Below are positions 1-10,200 of a DNA stretch of 64,000 nt, in pieces. Both the position numbers and the translations under genes were made by a program. The stretch is from Clostridia bacterium. GTDB lineage: Bacteria; Bacillota; Clostridia; Oscillospirales; CAG-272. The stretch's first letter is position 1. Every line of letters starts with the position of its first letter. Under the pieces are notes generated by a model. The model saw only the letters and a program-made list of their open reading frames with translations, ran no database searches and was not told where the DNA came from. The stretch lies in contig JAGBSP010000033.1 in assembly GCA_017631855.1 (NCBI GenBank), positions 13,461 to 77,460 of the forward strand. The letters are read 5' to 3'.

Positions 1-330
1 CACTTCTTTGATATCAGACACATACTCTTTCTTTCCGTTTTTGATATTTTCCAAAGTATCTTTAATTTTTGTTGGTACATTTTGAACTGTACTAACTTGC
101 ACAAAGATTTGCTTATCTCTAGATAAAAGATCTACATACGGGTAATTGGGTATTTTTGTATTTAAATTTTGAAAAGACTGTCCAAACCAGAGTGCACAGA
201 CTTCTATAGCAAAAAGTTCAAACAGCTTTGCAGAATCAAATAAGCCATTTTTATTACATAATTTAATTTTTGATTCATAAGCAGCAATATATTCTGTTAT
301 GTATGAAACTCTTTCTGCCGATTCCATCAT
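1..330 (-). CDS. hypothetical protein, N-terminal fragment (gene runs off the left edge); SMEK-like conflict-system N-domain suspected
   Basis: Open on the minus strand from ATG 328-330 to position 1, with GGAGG at 339-343 and an 8-nt spacer. I hand-translated 110 codons: MMESAERVSYITEYIAAYESKIKLCNKNGLFDSAKLFELFAIEVCALWFGQSFQNLNTKIPNYPYVDLLSRDKQIFVQVSTVQNVPTKIKDTLENIKNGKKEYVSDIKEV. It is absent from the ORF track because the stop lies outside the window. The N-x-P-x-VDL ... VQVST ... K-I pattern resembles SMEK-domain N-termini (from memory, unverified). Confidence 0.55.
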   Translation of the reverse strand, partial: MMESAERVSYITEYIAAYESKIKLCNKNGLFDSAKLFELFAIEVCALWFGQSFQNLNTKIPNYPYVDLLSRDKQIFVQVSTVQNVPTKIKDTLENIKNGKKEYVSDIKEV

Positions 331-368
331 AATACTGTCCTCCTTTTTACTTTGCTTTAGACCTGATT

Positions 369-794
369 TTAGATTAATATACCATTACAATGATCCACCT
401 CATGCTGAATGATCTGTGCCGTCCAGCCGGTGAAGTTTTTCGTGCGCGTTTGCATTTCCAAGGTCTGATATTGTACCTTGATGGTCTTATAGCGTTTGCA
501 CTTACGGGGGCCGCCGAGAAGCGACAAACAGCCTTCCTCGGTGTCGTATGCGCCGTCCTTCTTGATGATCTCGGGATTGAGCATCACCGTGTACGTAGGT
601 GCTCGTCCACTCTCATCGAAAAAGGCGATGATGCGCTTGCGCTCTCCAATCATATTTGCCGCCATGCCGACACAGCTTTCTCTGTGCGCCATCAACGTAT
701 CCAGCAAATCCTGTGCGACCTGCAAATCTTCTTTCGCTGCGACCTCCGACTTCCCTGCAAGGAAAATGGGATCATGCATTAACTCTTTAACCAT
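369..794 (-). CDS. def: peptide deformylase, short form (141 aa)
   Basis: All three PDF motifs are present: GMAANMIG, EGCLS and HEVDHCNG (HExxH). The protein ends 6 residues after HEVDH, so it has no C-terminal extension. Confidence 0.93.
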   Translation of the reverse strand: MVKELMHDPIFLAGKSEVAAKEDLQVAQDLLDTLMAHRESCVGMAANMIGERKRIIAFFDESGRAPTYTVMLNPEIIKKDGAYDTEEGCLSLLGGPRKCKRYKTIKVQYQTLEMQTRTKNFTGWTAQIIQHEVDHCNGILI

Positions 795-797
795 CTA

Positions 798-1625
798 TTA
801 TTCCTTCCATTTCAACATTTGTGCGAAATACAAAAACGTTGACACTAAACCCAACGCCAACAGACCTATAGAACAAAACGCTACAATCAAGCACCATGTA
901 TCCGAAAGTGGAATCATACTAAACACTAACGGCAAAATGATATTAACTATTGAGAAAAGAACAAAAATCGCCAATCCTAATTTCATTCCCTTAGGTTTCT
1001 TAAGGCTCTTCAAATCCATTTCATAACGTTGTTCTTCTATATCCAACATTAGAGCCTGTGTATTTGCATTCAAGCTTTCTTGCTTAGCATTTTCATACCA
1101 TTCTCCACGAATTGTATATTCTGATTCTTCAAAGTATTCAGAAAATCCCCAGCGAGCATACATTGCATAGAAATGGAACGCAAATGAATCCTCTCCAGTC
1201 TCTTCGAGCAAATCAACAGGAATCATTTGATCATTGAAATCACATTTACCTTTACGAAGTCGATCATCAAATTTTGCTTTGTAAAGTTTAGCTTTGTTCC
1301 AATAAGGTAATAGTGTTTCGTATTCTATGTAATGTGGTTCATTTTCATCATATATGTTTTCCAATTCACATCCGGATACAAAAGCATCTGAATTTTCTTG
1401 GATATAGCAAAGCGCATCTGCCTCATCCATAGCAGTCTTATACATATTGCGCTGCTCCATAAACATAAGGTTCTTGAAATGTATTTCGGACAGCTTGTTT
1501 TTGCAAGATTCACGTTCTTGGTTAATAGATATTAACTTGGTAGCAATACATCCACCTAAAATAGCCACAAAGCTTGCTGATACACCCGCGATTGCAAATA
1601 ATAACGAAGAAATTTCGTTTGTCAT
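798..1625 (-). CDS. membrane protein of unknown function (1 N-terminal + 2 C-terminal predicted TM helices)
   Basis: 275-aa ORF. Hydrophobic stretches are SSLLFAIAGVSASFVAILGGCIA at the N-terminus and LGLAIFVLFSIVNIILPLVFSMI plus WCLIVAFCSIGLLALGLVSTFLYF at the C-terminus. They flank a ~180-aa acidic soluble region. The gene is AT-rich and lies 3 nt upstream of def. Confidence 0.7.
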   Translation of the reverse strand: MTNEISSLLFAIAGVSASFVAILGGCIATKLISINQERESCKNKLSEIHFKNLMFMEQRNMYKTAMDEADALCYIQENSDAFVSGCELENIYDENEPHYIEYETLLPYWNKAKLYKAKFDDRLRKGKCDFNDQMIPVDLLEETGEDSFAFHFYAMYARWGFSEYFEESEYTIRGEWYENAKQESLNANTQALMLDIEEQRYEMDLKSLKKPKGMKLGLAIFVLFSIVNIILPLVFSMIPLSDTWCLIVAFCSIGLLALGLVSTFLYFAQMLKWKE

Positions 1626-1638
1626 CTGTTACACTTCC

Positions 1639-2523
1639 TTAAAGATCTTCTTTATAAAATATAAATCCCTTATGAGAATTCTTCTCGATTTCTCTATTAA
1701 TAAACTGCACCTCCTCTAAAAGTAACCGCTTTGTAACGATCGTACAATTACCATCTTCACTGATTTCAGGGAAATCAAACACCCCTGGCCTTAATGTAAG
1801 CACATCTCTAGGGGTATGATCAACTCCTCTGCTAGCAATAATTATAGCTCGATTAGGCGAAATTGGGCAAACATCATAAAGCGGTAAGCGAAGGTGATCA
1901 CCGATAAATACGAGCGGATAGCAATCACCAAGTATAAAATCACCTTCTTTAGGTTCTACAACAATAATATACTTACCTAACAATGAGTTGGTGTCACGTA
2001 GCATAAACCATTTAATAGGCGGATCAATCTCTGTATGATTTGCCACATCCTGAATTGACCGGCATTTCACCAAATACCCCAAATTGCGTTTCCAAAAATC
2101 CTCAAGATCTTCATTTCTTTGAAAGTACTTGTAAAAACCTTTGAATTCTTTTGATGCTTTATCGCTAAATTGCTCTTTTGCATTTATATTCCTAAAAGAC
2201 ATAATAGCAAAAAACAATTTAATAGCGCTATCTTCTTCCTCTGTAAGCTCAATTTTGCGCTTATCAAGAAACTTTACTTTGATTAATTCAGCAACTTCCC
2301 TCTCATATACGGATAAATCATATTCTATTTGAACGGGCACATCCGCGTAATTTATTTCATCACGATAAAGATTTCGCTCCATGAACACTTCGCGTATTTC
2401 ACATTTTGAAATAGCTTGGGATTCCTTATCGTAATAACAAGCTACCTTTCTATCACTGTCGCAGGCAAAATTACGCAAAATAAACTGCGGTATGTAATGA
2501 TGCCGTATAGGTTCTTTTCGCAT
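1639..2523 (-). CDS. DUF4238 family protein
   Basis: The N-terminus, HHYIPQFILRNFA, matches the H-Y-(I/V)-P-Q-F-Y-L-R-x-F signature I associate with DUF4238. 294 aa, AT-rich. Confidence 0.82.
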   Translation of the reverse strand: MRKEPIRHHYIPQFILRNFACDSDRKVACYYDKESQAISKCEIREVFMERNLYRDEINYADVPVQIEYDLSVYEREVAELIKVKFLDKRKIELTEEEDSAIKLFFAIMSFRNINAKEQFSDKASKEFKGFYKYFQRNEDLEDFWKRNLGYLVKCRSIQDVANHTEIDPPIKWFMLRDTNSLLGKYIIVVEPKEGDFILGDCYPLVFIGDHLRLPLYDVCPISPNRAIIIASRGVDHTPRDVLTLRPGVFDFPEISEDGNCTIVTKRLLLEEVQFINREIEKNSHKGFIFYKEDL

Positions 2524-2549
2524 AATTCTCCCTCCTTAATGATTTTAAG

Positions 2550-3053
2550 TTATCTTCCGTACTTTTCAAATATTTTATCAGCTCGATCTCTCGTGAAAAG
2601 CCACTCTTCCGGGATTTTATCCGTCGTTCCATATGCCTGCGCGGTTGGACCCCACGTATGCTCCATATGCAAAACAGTATCACCGCAACCACCTCTTGCC
2701 TTTCGCAAGACTTCAGCTATTTCACTTGGAGTAGCCAAATACATCTTCGGCAGTTGCAAATCATTCACATTTTCAAACTGCACAAGACAAAATATGGTCT
2801 TTTTGTGGTGCTTGTTCAGCCATTCGTCAATCGCCTCGTGATAAGTACGTCCCTTCTTAAAGCTTTGGGTTAATCCCCAACCACCGTCTTTGCTACCTTT
2901 AACTGATATTTTGAGCATCTCATCCCCACGGCTTGCTATCAAATCATACTCGGGTTGATCTGCGCCATACTGCACAGAAACATCATATCCATATCGTGCA
3001 AATTGAGCTGCCGCCATTCCTTCGGCTGCAACACCTACATGCCAAGAATTCAT
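2550..3053 (-). CDS. hypothetical protein with PD-(D/E)xK nuclease-like core
   Basis: 167 aa. GVAAEGMAAAQFARYGYDVS ... EYDLIASRGDEMLKISVKGS fits the G-x-x-A-E ... D-(L/I)-I ... (K/Q)-(I/V)-x-V-K layout of small restriction-endonuclease-fold proteins. Confidence 0.6.
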   Translation of the reverse strand: MNSWHVGVAAEGMAAAQFARYGYDVSVQYGADQPEYDLIASRGDEMLKISVKGSKDGGWGLTQSFKKGRTYHEAIDEWLNKHHKKTIFCLVQFENVNDLQLPKMYLATPSEIAEVLRKARGGCGDTVLHMEHTWGPTAQAYGTTDKIPEEWLFTRDRADKIFEKYGR

Positions 3054-3066
3054 TATCGCACCTTCC

Positions 3067-3465
3067 TTATTTCACAATCTCATATTCCCAATCGATGATA
3101 CCGCCGAACTCCTTGACGTTGGTATATCCGAGCTTGACAAGCTCCTCGGCTGCAATTTTGCTTCTTCTACCGCTACGGCAATAAACAAGTATTAACTGAT
3201 TTTTGTCTGGGAGCTCCTTCTCGGCGCGTTCGGCAATTTCATATTCGGGGATCAGTATTGCGCTGGGGATATGCCCCTCATCGTATTCGGACTGCGTTCT
3301 CGCATCAATGATGATATATCCGCTCTCGCTATCCATCAACGCCTTCGCTTCCGCACCGCTGAACTGATCATAGGATGCAGAACCTCCATCCGAGCATCCA
3401 ACGCATCCCAACGGCAACGCGAGGGTGAGAAGCATGAGCAAAAATCGTTTATTTCTTTTCAACAT
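3067..3465 (-). CDS. rhodanese-like domain lipoprotein
   Basis: Lipobox signal LALPLGCVGC. Rhodanese signatures IIIDARTQSEYDEGHIPSAILIP and active-site loop VYCRSGRRS. Confidence 0.88.
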   Translation of the reverse strand: MLKRNKRFLLMLLTLALPLGCVGCSDGGSASYDQFSGAEAKALMDSESGYIIIDARTQSEYDEGHIPSAILIPEYEIAERAEKELPDKNQLILVYCRSGRRSKIAAEELVKLGYTNVKEFGGIIDWEYEIVK

Positions 3466-3826
3466 ATATCCTTATACCCTCCGAAGCAAACTCCGCAGTT
3501 CCTTCACCGTACTTGTCGATGTTCTTCTTGAATCGCTCATCGACAACGTACATCTTGCCAAGCCCTGCAAGGATCTCATCAGTACAGGTGTAGTAGTTGG
3601 CGGTGATATGTGCCTGAAGCTCGGCTACAAGTGCCTGTGCTTCGGTAGAATCGGCACTCGCACCGCTCGCCTTGCACGCGGCAAACTCAGCAAAGATCGC
3701 CATCAAGCCGTCATTTGCCTCTGCCCACTTCTCTTTTGTATAGTTATTTGTCTTCTGCTCGTGTTCGCGATAAGCATCGGTGTTGCCCCAACGAGAGCGA
3801 GCTTCTGTTTTATAATCGTTATTCAT
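3449..3826 (-). CDS. TipAS antibiotic-recognition domain protein (stand-alone, no MerR HTH)
   Basis: 125 aa. RWGNTDAYREHEQKTNNYTKEKWAE ... ELQAHITANYYTCTDEILAGLGKMYVVDERFKKNID is typical of TipAS/Mta C-terminal domains. Overlaps the rhodanese ORF by 17 nt. Confidence 0.8.
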   Translation of the reverse strand: MNNDYKTEARSRWGNTDAYREHEQKTNNYTKEKWAEANDGLMAIFAEFAACKASGASADSTEAQALVAELQAHITANYYTCTDEILAGLGKMYVVDERFKKNIDKYGEGTAEFASEGIRIYVEKK

Positions 3827-3854
3827 TCTTTACCTTCTCAAAAAGCATTTTATT

Positions 3855-5384
3855 TTAGATATTGTTCTGTTCTCCCATAAACTTAATTGACATTAATTTC
3901 TCGTACAATTCTGGATTGTTTATGACAATAATTTTCAGCTCATTAACAGCTCTAGTAAGTATTTGATATAGCATTCCTTTTAGACTGTAATAATTCTTTC
4001 TTGCTACCAATCTATTATTGTCTGCATATCTAAAATTAGAGTCCATTGCAAAAACAACCCTATCAAATTCTTGGCCTATTACACCATGTGCTTTTTGTTC
4101 ACAAAGACATGATAGTGAGTCAACCGGTTCCGAAGAATACTGCGATGGTGTAAATGTTATAGCCTTCCACTCACCTGAACAATCCAGATAGTTCAGATAA
4201 TCTTGAGCATCGCTAACATTACTAAAATACTCTATCGTTATACCTTCATAATCCATATTATCTTTACTACTGCCAAATTCCATCATATTGTGAATAAAAG
4301 AAGCCAACTTTTTATTGGTTCTAATCTTAGTAGTTAATTTGCGTATTTTTGATGTGTTTTGAGGATAAAGTGCCATTAAGTACTCATGGATATCTTTTTT
4401 CTCATTATCCTTAAAATATTGTTTAGTATCATATGAAAATATTGTGGCAATTTTTTGATCGTACATATATTGAACAAAAGAATCCAGCTGATGCTTTCGA
4501 ATGCGATGAGCTTCATCCACCACAATCAAATCAGGTTTTTTTATTACAGGATTAAGGTCTTTGGCCTCGAGCACACTTACACATTTAATCTTCCACCTAT
4601 AATTCTTGTTTAACTCCCATTGTCCTTCATTTAATGTAGCGCAATGCAACACCAACACGGATTTTTTGCACTCTTGATACGTTTTCGCAATGTCATATGT
4701 AAGCAATGTCTTGCCGGTACCTGCATCGGCAGATATACAAAAAAACAAATACTCACCGTTATCTATCGAGGTCAATATCTCCTTCTTTTTCTTTGCTTGA
4801 TCTGGCGTTAGGAAATACTCACCGGACATAAAACGGTCCACCTTGTTAAAAGGAGAAACGAGATAGTTTGAAGGTTTGAAAAGCTTGTCTGGATCTAACT
4901 CAAAATCCACATTTTGATTAGCTAGCGCATCAACTAAATGTTGAGGTTCAACATTCTCAACACAATTATTTTCAGCATCATAACAATAAAACCCATCGTC
5001 CTCAATATACGTATATATTTTTAAAGGCTTTTCCAGAAATTTTAGATAATAATGCTGTTTATGCATTTGAGTAATGATGGTTTCAATTTTGCTTTCTTCA
5101 GGCAGCTTGCCTTTTAGCTCAATATTCACAATATAGTCTGTTCCGAATCGAAGCAAATCAAACTCGTTGGCTATTTGAGGTATTGAAAATCCGACATAGT
5201 ATCCATCAAGAATTCGAAATGGAGCCGGCATATCCGCAGACAACAACTCGCACAGTTTCCTCAAAGACACAACTTCATTCTTTTTCAAAAGCAACTTTGA
5301 TTTGTCTATCTTTATTTTCCCTTCATAATGCGCTGCATGAGTTTGACAAACAGAAGGTAAATACTGCGGTTTCATATGCCTCAC
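3855..5384 (-). CDS. NERD/PD-(D/E)xK-like N-domain fused to SF1 (DUF2075/UvrD-C-like) P-loop helicase-like ATPase
   Basis: N-terminal FDLLRFGTDYIVNIELKG gives a D...E-x-K core. Walker A is CISADAGTGKTLL and Walker B is LIVVDEAHRI. The SF1 C-terminal signatures are HGVIGQEFDRVVF and LYQILTRAVNEL. The track start at 5384 is GTG. ATG at 5375 behind GGGGTGAGG is an alternative start. Confidence 0.85.
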   Translation of the reverse strand: MRHMKPQYLPSVCQTHAAHYEGKIKIDKSKLLLKKNEVVSLRKLCELLSADMPAPFRILDGYYVGFSIPQIANEFDLLRFGTDYIVNIELKGKLPEESKIETIITQMHKQHYYLKFLEKPLKIYTYIEDDGFYCYDAENNCVENVEPQHLVDALANQNVDFELDPDKLFKPSNYLVSPFNKVDRFMSGEYFLTPDQAKKKKEILTSIDNGEYLFFCISADAGTGKTLLTYDIAKTYQECKKSVLVLHCATLNEGQWELNKNYRWKIKCVSVLEAKDLNPVIKKPDLIVVDEAHRIRKHQLDSFVQYMYDQKIATIFSYDTKQYFKDNEKKDIHEYLMALYPQNTSKIRKLTTKIRTNKKLASFIHNMMEFGSSKDNMDYEGITIEYFSNVSDAQDYLNYLDCSGEWKAITFTPSQYSSEPVDSLSCLCEQKAHGVIGQEFDRVVFAMDSNFRYADNNRLVARKNYYSLKGMLYQILTRAVNELKIIVINNPELYEKLMSIKFMGEQNNI

Positions 5385-5401
5385 CCCATTTCATGATAAT
5401 T

Positions 5402-7207
5402 TTATTTCACCGCCTTGATATATTCCCTTAAATACTTGTATGGGAATGGGATAACCGTTAGTTGCCCATTCTTAACAAACGAAACGCTCATAAGTGGTAA
5501 CAATTGTTCAAAGAAGTCGGGAGCATCCTTATATTTGACAATTCGTCGAATATTGGTTGAATGACTAATGCTATTACGCATTCCCTCTCCTATCTCACCT
5601 ACAAAGTAGTATGTATCTCCCCCTTGTTCAAAACACTTGATGTCCAAACACGAAGTCAAGAGTTCATCTCGTTTGCTTCTACCACGTAGTTTATTGTTTC
5701 CTTCCAAAAGTTCTGCATCTATTGCAAAGAGTTCCGGTAGCGTTATCCAATCAGTTCCCTTTATAATATTGATTTTACCGTCGGAATTTTTCAAAATACC
5801 TTGAACATCTTCAGATTTTGCCTTAGCATTCTCAAAAATCTCCACACACTCATGGTACTGATCCATATTGAAAAAGTCCAACTTGGATTCTGTAAAAGTA
5901 AAGCTACCATCGGACTTGATATTCATAAAGAAATACCTATTTACGCCATTATCGCACTTTGTGCATCCAAAGCAAAAATCCTCTTGATAGCCAAGTGCAT
6001 TCCAATCGAACAATGTTATTTGACCACTTAAAATATCTTTTTTGATAAGTAGTTCATGAACGATTGTAGAGATTGCAAACTCGCACTTTCCGGAAAAATC
6101 TTCAAATGTTATATGCTGAACAGCCGCATCTTCATGCTTCTCTTTATAGGGATCTTCTATATCCTCATAGTATGCTGCATTGTGAATAACACATATATTC
6201 AAAGATCCTTTGGAAACGCGCTTTCCAACTGTGGCTTTTACGCCATATTTTTCAAGAAGCTTTTCTGCTACATCACGACAAAATCTATCCGAATATTCGT
6301 CACCTATCTGATCAACTATTTTAATATTTTGTGCCGAAAGCATCTCTTGGATTGCTTTCAAATTTTCTTTTTGAGCTCTCCTCGAATAATCAAGTGCGGT
6401 ATATTCTTTAATTGTGTCAAATTCAATTGATGCAAGTCCTGCGAATTCCATATTAAAGTTTGACACAACGGATGCAAGCATACCTACTTTGCTTTTACGA
6501 TATTTTCTTATGTCCTGAAGATCAACAAACGGAATATCTGTTTTCTTACCATCAAGCTGACGCATGATAAAGGCAGGCTCATCATCTTCTTTCAGCTTTC
6601 TTCTTAGTGTACTCTTTCGAGAAAATACATACTTGGGATACTCCTCGAATTTTCTGGCACCAAACGTTATTTTCTTTCTGAGCAGCTCAGATGTGAAGGT
6701 ATGCATAGACATACAAAGCTTCATGTCTTGAGTAATACGCAACTCTAAACACGGAACTTGCCAAATGATATTTTTCTCCGATTTTTTATCATGTCGCAAC
6801 CATTCGTTATGGAAACAATAAAAGTGTCCGGTAAGATTGTTGCATTTCAAAAACTCGGATTTTGGGCTGCTCATGCTATTCAACAAAAGCTGAAGGACTT
6901 CACTTTCTTTGAGCAACGATGCGTCCTCTTTTGAGAACGTAATTTTTTCTCCTTCCTCGTGTGAATCAAAGGTTCGCTTCAATGCATCAAAATTACCATC
7001 ATTACGATTCATTAAAACAAGAAAAGTTCTTCCTCTTTCAAACAGAACTGCGCGAACTGAATCGTTCAAGAATGGTGCATCAATTATATATGCTCCATTT
7101 TTGAAATATTTATCGTCAGTTTTTACACGAAATACATCATACTTTTCGTTGAAAGCCGATATGTCTACCTTAAAAATAACTTGATTCGTTCTAATCGGCG
7201 AATTCAT
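5402..7207 (-). CDS. hypothetical protein (601 aa), no recognisable domain
   Basis: Long AT-rich ORF with ATG at 7205-7207 behind AGAGGTG. It overlaps the upstream helicase gene by 17 nt and sits 17 nt before the downstream ATPase gene. The only notable motif is a CFGCTKC cysteine cluster. Confidence 0.8.
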   Translation of the reverse strand: MNSPIRTNQVIFKVDISAFNEKYDVFRVKTDDKYFKNGAYIIDAPFLNDSVRAVLFERGRTFLVLMNRNDGNFDALKRTFDSHEEGEKITFSKEDASLLKESEVLQLLLNSMSSPKSEFLKCNNLTGHFYCFHNEWLRHDKKSEKNIIWQVPCLELRITQDMKLCMSMHTFTSELLRKKITFGARKFEEYPKYVFSRKSTLRRKLKEDDEPAFIMRQLDGKKTDIPFVDLQDIRKYRKSKVGMLASVVSNFNMEFAGLASIEFDTIKEYTALDYSRRAQKENLKAIQEMLSAQNIKIVDQIGDEYSDRFCRDVAEKLLEKYGVKATVGKRVSKGSLNICVIHNAAYYEDIEDPYKEKHEDAAVQHITFEDFSGKCEFAISTIVHELLIKKDILSGQITLFDWNALGYQEDFCFGCTKCDNGVNRYFFMNIKSDGSFTFTESKLDFFNMDQYHECVEIFENAKAKSEDVQGILKNSDGKINIIKGTDWITLPELFAIDAELLEGNNKLRGRSKRDELLTSCLDIKCFEQGGDTYYFVGEIGEGMRNSISHSTNIRRIVKYKDAPDFFEQLLPLMSVSFVKNGQLTVIPFPYKYLREYIKAVK

Positions 7208-10200
7208 TTATACACCTCTTTATCATATCAAATGCTTTATGGATGGGTTGGTTAGGATTGTTCGAATCGATCAACGAAGGAATTTGCACAACGGTTATAT
7301 CTCCATAACTCGTCCTAATCGGCTCGGCAAATTGCTCAGACACTACGTTAATTACGATGATACATTTTGCATTACAAGTATCTGCTTTCGACTTGATTTT
7401 CTTGAGCATTTCCTCAGTACCAAATCGCGTTCTCTCGTGCCAATTCTTAAAGTCAATGAAAATATCAGTGTTTTCAATCTTATAATCGAACATCTCAAAC
7501 ACTTCGGAATCTTCGATTTCTGTCAATTTCAGTCTTAAATAGCTCCAAAGCAAAAATCTTCCGGCCATCTCTCCCAACGCACCCTTGTAAATGTTGTTAA
7601 ACAGCGGTGGAGAAAGAATAAAATCATTATAATCGAATGTAGTTGCCCATCCCTTACATTCAAAGAAGTTTCGGAGACTTTGATTTTTCATCAAAAGATC
7701 CAGCTTGGCTGTAGACGATGAAACTTCGTACGGGTACTCTTTTGTTTTTCCGAAACTAACAAGAACTTTATTGTAATCCGACTCCTGATTATAATAAATT
7801 GTGTTCATTGGTTTCGGTAATTTTACATACGTATTATGTGCCATAAAGCTACAGCTTTCTTCCAACGATGACAGTGTTGGATGCTGCAACGTGTACTCTC
7901 TAAGCATCTTCCACTGCGCCATACGAGACTCCGTCCAATCTTCTCGCAAAACGTTATTGATCATCTTGTTTACGCGAACAGACAATAACGATGCCTCATC
8001 AGCAAAATCTCCACCAGCATAAGCTTTTCTATGTTTTTCAATATGAGCAAGCAAAGCCCTAAACTCGGGATTCAAAAGTCTGTTTCCGTCATCGATGTCA
8101 AAATCAATGCTTTCGGAAATACGATAGTCCGCAAAAACATAAACTGTTTTTCTCTTTTGATTTGTTCTACAAATACGACCAATTGCCTGAATTATAGTAC
8201 GAGTAGACATTAAAACCACACTTTTAGTATCGTAAACCGATTTTGAGTCATCCCAATAAGGATGTCCCGTCAAAAATGTCTTAAATGCCTTTTTGACATG
8301 TTTTTTTGTTTCTTGTGGTGAAAGTTCAGCCCACTCTTGCAAAAATTCTACATAATAAAGATACTTTACGAAGTCCTCATCTGAAAGATTTTCACTTAAA
8401 TTCACAAAGATATTCGTAGGCTTGTCCAGATAGATCGCGTCAAAATCTTTTTCCCCTCTCGATTCTCGATCATTGCTACTTACCAATTGACCAATTAAAT
8501 TTTGAGGAATGCCATATTGCAAGTTTTGTCCTGCACCTATTGTTTGATATACAGAAATAACAAACAACTTTTCACCATGCTGCAACCTATCAATGATTAG
8601 CTCTTTGTTAATGTCAAATTCTTCGCCATCTAACAAGCAGACAGTATTTTTGTCAAATTTCTGACCTCTTTCTTTATGGATAAACTTGAATATTTCATAT
8701 AGCATATCCATATCAAGATACATATCGCCCGGACGAGGATGTTTGGTTAACACACACAGAAAAGACTGAATGTCGTCATGGCGCACAAATTGCTTATATG
8801 CCATAGCAATTCTAAAATATCTCTCTTTATTGTAATTATTCTTTTCTTGGCTCAGTGCCCTCTCTACTTTATCAAAAATATGTTGTGCAAGCTCAGTGTC
8901 GTTGAAAACGCCTTCCCATATTTTTTCGTGATAGACTTCTCCCAAAAGTTGAACATCAATCTCAACATCCTTATATCCGGAAATCGATCTTTCAAATTCA
9001 GTTCTGAGTCTACTCCTATCGGATTCTCTCACAACATTATATTTTGTCTGCATCTTTGCTCGCAGATACTTATAATCGAAGTTTCCAACAACAGTAGGAA
9101 CAGATGCTGTGGCAGATATTCCTATTACCTTAGCTTTTTCGCAAAATCTCAAAAGGATTTTTTCAGGTGTCACCTGAAAAGAATACATCATGATTTTTGA
9201 TTGCATATCATGCGCGTAATCATCTTCAAATGCATAATAACGGAATCCGTTTTCATAAAATGACAAATCAAAGTCCGCATTCTCTATATCGCCCTTCGGC
9301 TTGTGCGAAGAAATAAGAATTTGTGAAGTTATGTAGTCAATATGCTTGTCACTTAAACGGAATTCAGCCAAAATCGAACGGATTGCTGATTCCAACGAAA
9401 ACTCATCTTCTCCCGGTTTTCTTCGTTCTTCTCTGCACTGCATATAGTTATATGCAAGCATATTTATGCCGCCCGAAAAATATTTTATAAAACCTCTTAG
9501 TTTACCAAGCATCACTTGGATATTCCCATCCTCACTACTCGGCTTCTCGGAAGAAAACTGTATAGCATTTATTCTCTCAGTCGAGTCGCTGACAGTTGTG
9601 ATATAGGACTTATTTCCGTCCAAAATTGCATGGAACTGATGGTCTTGGAACAAAAAATTCCGTGATTCAGCATCTTCGTTGCTTACCGTCTTATGACTGA
9701 ATTGCAACGAATACTGACTATGAATAGCATCAGCCTTTTCTCGTATGTTGTCAACGATAAACTGAAGGTTTGAGTGTTTATAATTGTTTGCAGCCTGACG
9801 CTCTGTCCATTTTTTAGACGGTGCGGTCATTGCTTTCGGAAACTCGATAGTATGCAAGACGGAATAGATATCGTTAAACAGTTCTATATAATCGATTTTT
9901 TCTCTAAGTCCGTTGGAAATAATATTTCTCAGTATAGTTTCCTTGGTGGCATCAAACTCATCAATAAAAATGATCGCATTGTCGATTATTTTTGAGTTAT
10001 AAAACATATACGACGGTTCTACAATTGTAGCATTTCTCGCAAGGAATTTATCCATACTCATAAATATGATTTGCTTATCACTCGTAAATACAGCCGGATA
10101 CAACTCACCCAGCCACTGCCACTTTTCATCTGTCTTTATCGCATAAATTCGGTCTTTTACAGTTTTAAATTCGCGCGCCAAAATCGCCTGCACATATCGC

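Noticed and set aside
5402-7207. Possible degenerate PIWI/RNase-H-like module in the 601-aa orphan. Candidate matches are NIKSDGSF versus the Argonaute YRDGVS, the C-terminal TVIPFPYKYLREY versus P-x-P-x-YYA, and LNICVIH versus G-x-DV-x-H.
   Set aside because: These are only three short, imperfect matches seen by eye. The catalytic Asp/His positions are not conserved and I found no MID-domain 5'-end pocket motif. I mention it only as a lead for HHpred or Foldseek, not as an annotation.
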